Source of the DNA: Fidelibacterota bacterium
GTDB lineage: Bacteria > Fidelibacterota > Marinisomatia > Marinisomatales > UBA2128
Reading direction: 5' to 3'
DNA length: 25,026 nt
NCBI GenBank assembly: GCA_046861645.1
Contig: JBHHUM010000031.1
Coordinates: forward strand, 1 to 25,026
Below the pieces are notes generated by a model. That model saw nothing but the letters and a program-made list of their open reading frames with translations, had not been told where the DNA came from and ran no database searches. This document shows, in pieces, positions 18,156-25,026 of this stretch. The translations under genes and the position numbers were made by a program. How positions within the stretch are numbered: position 1 is the first letter of the stretch; each line of letters begins with the position of its first letter.

Positions 18156-18826
18156 CCAATTTAAAGGATTTGGTTTGTGTTGTGACAGGCGCTGGTGGCG
18201 GTGTAGGATCGGCAGTAATTGGTATCTTAAAGGATCAATGTCATTCCGTTATAGCTGTATTTAGAGGTAATAGCAATGCTTGGGAAAAAGCAGGTAACTG
18301 TTACCAAACCACCGCAAATATGATCGATGCTGATAGTGTAAGGAAAATAGCTGAGGTTACTTGCAATAATCTGGGGAAAATACATGCTTGGGTAAATGTT
18401 GTCGGCGGATTTGCCATGGGTCAACTAATAGAGGAGGGATCACCAGAGGAGTGGGAAAGGATGTGGCGGCTTAATTTTATTTCTGCTTTAAACGGTTGTC
18501 GGGTTGCTCTGCCTGTTATGAAGCGACAGAAATTCGGCAGGATCATCAACTTCGGTTCGGTGGCGGGACTTGACGGTATGGCTGGAGCAGGCCCCTACGC
18601 CGTGAGCAAAGCTGCTGTGATCAATTTAACGAAAAATGTGGCCCTTGAGGGTGCTCCATACGGGGTTACTTCCAATGTCGTTGTACCGGGTATTATTGAT
18701 ACACCTGCTAATAGAACAGCTATGCCGGATGCAGATTTTTCCCAATGGACCTCCCTGGAAGCGGTTACCAGGACAGTCATTGAAATTATTGAGTCAGAGC
18801 ATTCCGGTAAAATATATCGAATCTGA
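18152..18826 (+). CDS. Short-chain dehydrogenase/reductase
   Basis: TGAGGGVG, YAVSK and PGIIDTPANR..MPDADFS.W motifs; GTGA overlap with plsC. Confidence 0.9.
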   Translation: MTNLKDLVCVVTGAGGGVGSAVIGILKDQCHSVIAVFRGNSNAWEKAGNCYQTTANMIDADSVRKIAEVTCNNLGKIHAWVNVVGGFAMGQLIEEGSPEEWERMWRLNFISALNGCRVALPVMKRQKFGRIINFGSVAGLDGMAGAGPYAVSKAAVINLTKNVALEGAPYGVTSNVVVPGIIDTPANRTAMPDADFSQWTSLEAVTRTVIEIIESEHSGKIYRI

Positions 18827-18899
18827 TAACTTTGTGTAGGTAAGCAGTCGTCCTTAAACTTCCCTGTGGCAGAACTGTAAATCCTGTTAAGTAGGTCAA

Positions 18900-19367
18900 G
18901 TGAAAGAGTACTATTTACTGCATCAACACATCACATTCATGAATCATGATTCCTTCGGTGCTTGTCCGCGGCCAGTATTTGCAGACTGTCAGAAGTGGCA
19001 GTTAATAATGAGGCGACAGTCCGTAAATTTTATCGAAAAAGAGTTCCCCCTTCTCATGAAGAATCACAACGAATTCGTGGAGCAGTTCTGGTCCAACGTT
19101 ACCAGGAAAACACTAGACCGCGTATATAGAATAATCAAGACTGAGCCGATTTGTCCTAATAGTGAGGAATGGCTGGGACGGATGGCCAGTATCGAGGTGG
19201 AGGGAATTGATCCTATCAGACTGAAAAAAAGTTTACGGGAAGATTTTGCCATAGAAATCCCCGTATTTCTCTGGCAAGACAGATTATTCCTTCGTTTCTC
19301 TTTAAATGCCTATAATAATCAGGCCGATACTGATCAATTGATCTTTGCGTTGGAGAAGTTATTTTGA
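18900..19367 (+). pseudogene. Internally deleted class V PLP aminotransferase (isopenicillin N epimerase / cysteine desulfurase-like) remnant
   Basis: N-terminal FMNHDSFGACPRPV (family consensus NHGSFG) is joined almost directly to the C-terminal small domain (IEIPVF...RFSLNAYNNQAD). Only 155 aa; no DGAH or PLP-Lys segment is visible. Confidence 0.8.
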
Positions 19368-20056
19368 AGCGCCGTCTAATACTGTTCGATATTGATGGAA
19401 CGCTTCTTTATCCTGGGACATTAGCCAGGAAACTTTTAGATCAGGCTGTAATGGAAGCTGTGGGGAAATCTCCTCATCTGACGGTGGAGGACGTAGCTGG
19501 TTTCACGGATCCGGTGATCATTCGCAACGCTCTCTATCATCTTAAGATTCGTGAACATCATATACTGGATCATGTGGAAACTATTCTCGCCGGTTATTTA
19601 CAGGCTTTGCGTCAAGAGTATCCCCGGTATGACGAGCCATTCCTTTATGATGACGCAAAAAATCTGGTAGACAGCTGTCGTGAGAAAGGATGGGCGGTGG
19701 CTTTATTGTCAGGGAATCTCCGTGAGGGAGCGAGAGTGAAATTGGAGAGATTCAACATCTGGGAAGATTTTGTCTTTGGGGTTTTTGGTGATGATGCTGC
19801 TAACCGCAGTGATCTACTCTGGATTGTTCCAGAGGTCGCCTGGGAAGAGTTGGGTGAGGTATTTTTACACCCGGATATTATTTTGGTGGGAGATACACCC
19901 AATGATGCCAGGATTGCTGCAGAGCATGGCAGTAAGTCCCTTATTGTGTGTCGGAGGCCTGAATGGCGTGATACCATCGCCGTCCAGCGACCTACCTGTT
20001 TGGTGGATTCTTTGGAGGATACGGAACTAATCTTAAAATGGATGGAGGATAGTTAA
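19364..20056 (+). CDS. HAD-superfamily hydrolase (phosphoglycolate phosphatase-like)
   Basis: LFDIDGTL, LLSGN, FGDD and VGDTPND motifs; TTGA overlap with the upstream stop. Confidence 0.92.
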   Translation: MKRRLILFDIDGTLLYPGTLARKLLDQAVMEAVGKSPHLTVEDVAGFTDPVIIRNALYHLKIREHHILDHVETILAGYLQALRQEYPRYDEPFLYDDAKNLVDSCREKGWAVALLSGNLREGARVKLERFNIWEDFVFGVFGDDAANRSDLLWIVPEVAWEELGEVFLHPDIILVGDTPNDARIAAEHGSKSLIVCRRPEWRDTIAVQRPTCLVDSLEDTELILKWMEDS

Positions 20057-20532
20057 TGTACGAAATATACTTGACCACTCACTTTATCTTAATGCTCTTA
20101 TGGGTTGTACCAGCGTTTTATTTGAATTTTAAGCTCTTAAAAAATTATCCCGTGGCAACTGCTGATAAAAAACTTACAATATTGGAAAGTGTACAAAGGA
20201 TTTCAGACAAAACCGAACTGTTAGCTTCGTCTCTACTACCTCTGGTAGGAATATTGATGATTATTGATCAGAGAATGTTTCTTAGGGAGGGAACTATCCA
20301 TATTAAGATTCTATTAGCCTTATTGGCAATCGGATCCTATCATATATCCAGAGGAAAATTGAGGAAACTGATTGCTACCTGGAAAGCTGGTGAATCAGTG
20401 ATTGGTCAAACTCGCAGATTGGCTTTCTTCCGGCTTTTGACTCTTTTCCTGATCCTGATTATTGTGATTATTGTTTTTCAATACACTGGGTTTTTCCGAA
20501 CAGAGTATGTAGTCAGAAACTGGTTCAACTAA
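20056..20532 (+). CDS. Small multi-TM membrane protein, HemJ/CopD-like
   Basis: About 4 hydrophobic helices; Y..H......W.....Y in TM1 and HIK.........YH in TM3; TAATG coupling to the HAD gene. Confidence 0.65.
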   Translation: MYEIYLTTHFILMLLWVVPAFYLNFKLLKNYPVATADKKLTILESVQRISDKTELLASSLLPLVGILMIIDQRMFLREGTIHIKILLALLAIGSYHISRGKLRKLIATWKAGESVIGQTRRLAFFRLLTLFLILIIVIIVFQYTGFFRTEYVVRNWFN

Positions 20533-21863
20533 GGGGTGGCAGGTAAGATATTGTTTTCACTCCATCTGATATCTACCCTTCCGAAAGAGGAACTCAGATT
20601 AACTGCAATAGGATTGTCGGAGGTTGTACCTATCCCAGTCGTAGTAATACTTGATGCTTCTAGATAGAGAGGAAAATCACTGACAATAGCTTGAAAGGGT
20701 CTTCCTTCCGGATGATTGATCTCCACCTGGAAGTCAGCAGGGAATTTACGGGGAAGTTTCAAGAATATATTTCCTGCTTCTGTAATAGCGTCTATGGTCT
20801 GTCCTGATGTGGTACCATCCCAACTTTTATTTAACAAAATGTCCCCAGCAGAGGTTTGTAGATTTACACATCCCCATAACTGTTGCCCAATGATACTTCC
20901 GTTTCTGGTCCAGCACAAGATGTCACCAGTGATGTTGTTCAAATTGATATCACCATTGCTGGAGAAAAGATCCAGATTTCCATCTACATCTGCAGCTTGA
21001 ATATCCCCTAGCAGTGATTTGGCAAAACAGTCGGCTACTAAATTTTCAATAATTATTTCTCCTTTAAGTGTTTGTACCGAAACAGTGCGCCCAGTAACGT
21101 CACTTATAGTAATATTTCCGTTCCCTCCTGTATAGGTTATGTCGCCCTCAATAGCTCGAATCTCAACAATACCACTATCACAACTTATGTCCGCATCTCC
21201 GGAGATAGTCTCGGCGTTGATATTACCAGCCCCCGCCACCAGGGTTGTGTTACCGAATATTTGGCTGCAAGTTGTATTGCCGACTAACGATGAAACAATA
21301 GTGCGACCACGAATTTGGTTTAGTGTGATGTTACCATTCTGAGTTGTCAGGAAAAGTTCACCAGAAAGTTTACTGGCAGTTATATTTCCTGTGGTGAGAT
21401 CTGCCCGGATGTAACTGAAATGACCAGTGGGGGGAGAGGCAGGGACTGTAATGCGCAAGTAAACTTCTCTAATTTTGTTGGAGTATGTATGACCTGTGAG
21501 ACGAACAGTATTTCCCTCTGATTCCAGTATTATTTTGGCGTCGAGATAGGAATTGAGAGCGTTAATTTCCGAGACGGCGTTTATGAATACCACTTCCTCA
21601 ATGAGTAGGAATTTTTGATCATCACTTTTCAGAGTAATGTCACCGCTAATATCTTCGAGAGTAAGACGTTTCGATCCTGCTGAATTAAGGCGGTATGTCG
21701 AGGTAATCTGGAAGCGGTTAAACGCCTCTTGTATAATCTCTTGTGTTAACAACCTTTCGAAGGAGAGGAGGAGTGATCCAACTCCTATAAGGAAAAAGAT
21801 GTTTGTCTGAATTATCTGCTTTAGTATGTTGATTTGGTTTCTGTTAGAGTCCTGTTTCGCCAA
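20529..21863 (-). CDS. DUF4097-like beta-strand repeat (putative adhesin-like) protein
   Basis: Many approx. 18-aa units like T.NG.I....I.G; N-terminal hydrophobic segment. The start is uncertain (TTG 21863 overlaps the mdh end). Confidence 0.8.
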   Translation of the reverse strand: MAKQDSNRNQINILKQIIQTNIFFLIGVGSLLLSFERLLTQEIIQEAFNRFQITSTYRLNSAGSKRLTLEDISGDITLKSDDQKFLLIEEVVFINAVSEINALNSYLDAKIILESEGNTVRLTGHTYSNKIREVYLRITVPASPPTGHFSYIRADLTTGNITASKLSGELFLTTQNGNITLNQIRGRTIVSSLVGNTTCSQIFGNTTLVAGAGNINAETISGDADISCDSGIVEIRAIEGDITYTGGNGNITISDVTGRTVSVQTLKGEIIIENLVADCFAKSLLGDIQAADVDGNLDLFSSNGDINLNNITGDILCWTRNGSIIGQQLWGCVNLQTSAGDILLNKSWDGTTSGQTIDAITEAGNIFLKLPRKFPADFQVEINHPEGRPFQAIVSDFPLYLEASSITTTGIGTTSDNPIAVNLSSSFGRVDIRWSENNILPATP

Positions 21864-22779
21864 CAGTTTTTTGAACAGCTTGCAGGGTAGAATTCATCTT
21901 CTCCTTTTCTGTGGGGGTTAATTCTAATTCAATGATACGCTCAATGCCGCCGGCTCCAATAACAGCAGGTACACCTATGAAGTACCCGTTGACACCGTAT
22001 TCGCCCTCACAAAGTGCGGCAGAAGGGATGACCCGTTTCTTGTCTTTAAGATACCCCTCTGCCATTTCCATAATGGCTGCCGCTGGACTAAAGAAAGCAC
22101 TTCCCTGGCCGTAAAGCTTCACCAGCTCTGTACCGGCTTCTTGGACTCTTTTAATGATAGCATCGATCTTCTCTTGAGAGAGAAGTTCCGCCAGGGGAAT
22201 GCCTCCAACTGAAGCCAGTCGAGTCAAGGGTACCATTGTGGGTCCGTGACCACCCATAACGATGCAGGATACGTCCTGAACGGAAAGTCCTGTTTCCAGG
22301 GCAATAAAAGCTCTGAATCGAGCGGTATCCAGAGCCCCAGCCATACCAACCACCCTGTTTTTTGGAAAGCCACTGATCTTGTAGAAAGCATAGACAATTG
22401 CATCCAGGGGATTGGATACAACAATAACAAAAGCATCCGGAGCGTATTTCTTTACATTGTTAGCGACATCAGTAATGATCTTCAAATTTATGTCAAGGAG
22501 ATCATCTCGGGTCATTCCTGGTTTGCGGGGTACTCCTGCGGTAATGATCACCACGTCAACACCCGAAATTTTAGAATAGTCGCTGGTACCTTCCAGTTTG
22601 GTGTCATAGCCGTCATGAGGAGCTGCCTCCGTGATATCTAACGCTTTGCCCTTAACCATTCCTTCCACTTCGGGGATATCCACAATCACGACATCTCCCA
22701 GCTCTTTCTGGGTGGCGATGAGGGCAAGAATTCCACCTATTTGACCTCCTCCGATGAGTGCTATTTTTCTTCTGCTCAC
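21844..22779 (-). CDS. mdh: Malate dehydrogenase (LDH-like type)
   Basis: GGGQIG, AGVPRKPGMTRDDL (malate-specific Arg), SNPLD, LDTARF, GGHG; GTG start after GGAGG. Confidence 0.96.
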   Translation of the reverse strand: MSRRKIALIGGGQIGGILALIATQKELGDVVIVDIPEVEGMVKGKALDITEAAPHDGYDTKLEGTSDYSKISGVDVVIITAGVPRKPGMTRDDLLDINLKIITDVANNVKKYAPDAFVIVVSNPLDAIVYAFYKISGFPKNRVVGMAGALDTARFRAFIALETGLSVQDVSCIVMGGHGPTMVPLTRLASVGGIPLAELLSQEKIDAIIKRVQEAGTELVKLYGQGSAFFSPAAAIMEMAEGYLKDKKRVIPSAALCEGEYGVNGYFIGVPAVIGAGGIERIIELELTPTEKEKMNSTLQAVQKTVGETGL

Positions 22780-22978
22780 AACTTACCTCCTGTTGAAACT
22801 GTTGGTTGGTTTACATGTAGATACATATCGGAATTCTAGATAAATCTGTGTTCCTGGTTGAATTTACAGGAGATCATTTTGATTTGGAAGTGACAACCAG
22901 TTAGAGTACAATAAAATCTACTGATCTATCAGGAAAATTGAGAAGTGTAATTAGATTAGGGAGAGCTAAAGCCTAAGT

Positions 22979-23233
22979 TTAGGAGGACAAGATACTGACG
23001 ATTTTACGATCACGGCCTTTACGTCCAAATTTTACAATGCCGTCAGTTTTTGCAAATAAGGTATCATCGCCTCCTATACCCACGTTTATGCCCGGGTGGA
23101 TTTTAGTCCCTCGTTGACGGACAATAATTGAACCAGCCGATACAAATTGACCATCATGGGATTTGACGCCTAGCCGTTTAGAACGACTGTCACGACCATT
23201 TTTTGTGCTGCCCATGCCCTTTTTATGTGCCAT
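22979..23233 (-). CDS. rpmA: 50S ribosomal protein L27
   Basis: [16 protein letters not shown]...KRLGVK...[13 protein letters not shown]. Confidence 0.99.
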   Translation of the reverse strand: MAHKKGMGSTKNGRDSRSKRLGVKSHDGQFVSAGSIIVRQRGTKIHPGINVGIGGDDTLFAKTDGIVKFGRKGRDRKIVSILSS

Positions 23234-23236
23234 GAC

Positions 23237-23596
23237 TTATTCCTCTACTTTTTCCTCAACTGATTTTTTCTTTTTCTGAGATTGAGGAACCGATATTTCA
23301 TTAATCTTAATCACTGAAAACTCTTGTCGATGGGTATTTTTGACTCTATAACCTTTACGACGCTTCTTTTTGAAGACAACTACTTTCTTCCCACGACCGT
23401 GACGAATCACCGTTGCCGTTACCTGAGCATCAGCAATGGTTGGTGTCCCTACTAGAACTGTTTCTCCATCGTCATATAGCAATACATCTGCAAAATTGAT
23501 GGGCTGTCCTTTCTGCACCGCTTGGTGGGGTACTTCTAATTGAAGCCCGGGTTCTGCTCGGAACTGTTTTCCTGATATATCTACTATGGCGTACAT
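23237..23596 (-). CDS. rplU: 50S ribosomal protein L21
   Basis: MYAIVDISGKQF, VGTP and VFKKKRRKGYR...HRQ motifs; directly upstream of rpmA. Confidence 0.98.
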   Translation of the reverse strand: MYAIVDISGKQFRAEPGLQLEVPHQAVQKGQPINFADVLLYDDGETVLVGTPTIADAQVTATVIRHGRGKKVVVFKKKRRKGYRVKNTHRQEFSVIKINEISVPQSQKKKKSVEEKVEE

Positions 23597-23629
23597 ATCT
23601 GTCCTGTATCAGATGATTTAAAACTGAGA

Positions 23630-23658
23630 AATTTAATGTTTTTATTTAGTTCTATCAA
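23630..23658 (-). promoter_or_regulatory. Putative rplU-rpmA promoter
   Basis: Minus strand TTGATA-17 nt-TAAATT, 33 nt upstream of the rplU ATG. Confidence 0.6.
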
Positions 23659-23686
23659 GAATTACTTGACACCAAAAATCCGATAT

Positions 23687-25026
23687 CACATCTGTCCAAA
23701 ACGTTTGTTAAAATAGTAAAAAAGCCCTGTCATTAAAATAACAACAGGGCTTATCTTTCCTAATTCACAACCAAAAGGAAAGACCGAATGAATATTACAC
23801 TATTTGCACAAATAATCCGAAAGTTTGATCGATTAAGTTTCAAAAAGATTGTTGAAAAATATAAATCCGATAAGCACAGTAAAGGGATTAACAGTTGGAC
23901 CCATATGGTTTCCATGGTATTCTGTCATTTAGCTCATGCTAATTCACTACGAGAGATCAGTAATGGTATTCGTTCTGCAACAGGAAACTTAAACCACTTT
24001 GGTATAACTAAAGGACCCTGTAAATCTTCTCTGTCTTATATGAACAAACACCGGGACTGGAAAGTTTTCAGAGATTATTATTTTGCTTTGCTTACTTCTC
24101 TTCGTAAAGAAGTACCTTTTCAGCGAATTAAGTTTAAAAGTAAAGTCAAAAAGATATTCATTCTCGACGCCACAGTTATTTCCCTCTGTTTGTCAGTGTT
24201 TGATTGGGCTAAATACAGACAAACCAAAGGAGCCATCAAACTGCATATGCTGTTAGACTATGACGGTTGCTTACCTGTCTATATGCATATGACAGAAGGA
24301 AACGTTGCTGATGTAACAGTGGCACAGCAGCTCAAACTTCCAAAAGATTCTCTGGTCATAATGGACAGAGCCTATTTGGACTTTGACATGTTGTATACTT
24401 GGCACAACAATGATGTTAATTTTGTTATTCGGTTAAAGAAAAATATAAAATACAAACGGGTAAAAGAATTACACCTGCCGGAAGACGCACCGCAAAATAT
24501 TATCAGTGATGAATTAATCAGTTTAGACCCCTTTAACAGCGGTACCAAATACCCAAAAAAATTAAGACGCGTAATTGTATGGGATGAAGAGAAAAACGAA
24601 CTAATTGAAATACTCACTAACCAATTAAATTGGACAGCAGAAACCATTAGTGAGCTTTATAAAGAAAGGTGGCAGATTGAAACATTTTTTAGAGCCCTCA
24701 AGCAATTGACGAAAATCAAAACCTTCGTCGGAACGTCTCCCAATGCCGTTCTCATACAGATTTGGACAGCATTGATCTCCATACTGCTCCTGAAGTACCT
24801 GAAAGCACTGGCAAAATGGAATTGGAGCCTGTCAAATTTAGTTGCTTTGCTTAAAATGAACCTGTTTGTGAAAACTCAGTTGCAACATTGGCTTGATAAA
24901 CCATTTGAACCGTTGGATCGACCTCCCAAATCAGACCAATTGGCTTTACAGTGGTAAGTATGAGGGGATTGTTTTTATAAGATGTGGAATAATCTGTCCA
25001 AAACCAAAGCCTCTCGTCGAGACTGG
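23687..25026 (+). mobile_element. IS4-family insertion sequence; right end probably beyond the window
   Basis: Intact transposase, more AT-rich than the flanking genes; candidate left end CACATCTGTCCAAAAC at 23687-23702. Boundaries are inferred. Confidence 0.75.
23788..24957 (+). CDS. IS4-family DDE transposase with a DUF4372-like N-terminus
   Basis: ILDAT (D), KLH, MDRAY (D), YKERWQIETFFRALKQ (YREK signature), GTSPNAV.IQIW. Confidence 0.95.
   Translation: MNITLFAQIIRKFDRLSFKKIVEKYKSDKHSKGINSWTHMVSMVFCHLAHANSLREISNGIRSATGNLNHFGITKGPCKSSLSYMNKHRDWKVFRDYYFALLTSLRKEVPFQRIKFKSKVKKIFILDATVISLCLSVFDWAKYRQTKGAIKLHMLLDYDGCLPVYMHMTEGNVADVTVAQQLKLPKDSLVIMDRAYLDFDMLYTWHNNDVNFVIRLKKNIKYKRVKELHLPEDAPQNIISDELISLDPFNSGTKYPKKLRRVIVWDEEKNELIEILTNQLNWTAETISELYKERWQIETFFRALKQLTKIKTFVGTSPNAVLIQIWTALISILLLKYLKALAKWNWSLSNLVALLKMNLFVKTQLQHWLDKPFEPLDRPPKSDQLALQW

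Noticed and set aside
22780..22978. Terminator or ncRNA between rpmA and mdh
   Set aside because: Only short palindromes (CTGAT-CT-ATCAG; TTAGG...CCTAA) without a convincing stem and U-tract.
22979..23596. Prp-dependent L27 maturation system
   Set aside because: No gene lies between rplU and rpmA, and L27 begins MAHKK with no N-terminal extension.
4745..24647. Numerous 60-136 aa ORFs nested in or antisense to well-supported genes
   Set aside because: No motifs or RBS support; expected by chance opposite coding sequence.

Overview
A bacterial chromosomal window, mostly housekeeping, with a long run of + strand genes. The style of the proteins suggests the FCB group, perhaps Marinimicrobia, but that is inference only. 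From left to right: a decayed AT-rich lipoprotein gene (Ig-like domain plus a WLIKTD-type repeat); a membrane-anchored hypothetical protein with a 20-aa tandem repeat; a GldA/GldF/GldG-like ABC operon plus a DUF4340-like gene; a stand-alone B12-binding mutase subunit coupled to an acyl-CoA carboxyltransferase; a TPR protein with a very basic linker; an M24 peptidase, HAD, PAP2, S9 peptidase, GNAT, SDR, homocysteine S-methyltransferase, MarR, MutY, PlsC and a second SDR; an internally deleted class V aminotransferase, a second HAD and a HemJ/CopD-like membrane protein. On the - strand come a DUF4097-like protein, mdh, rpmA and rplU, and an IS4-family element ends the window. I found no rRNA, tRNA, CRISPR array or clear riboswitch, and I cannot claim a proven new system. 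The best leads are: (i) a MutY whose C-terminal domain keeps a complete Nudix box, sitting directly behind a MarR gene with an apparent operator; (ii) the TPR protein with a histone-tail-like linker; (iii) the aminotransferase remnant that stays in frame; (iv) the IS ends and the hairpin over the transposase ribosome-binding site. All family assignments come from motif recognition by eye, not from database searches.
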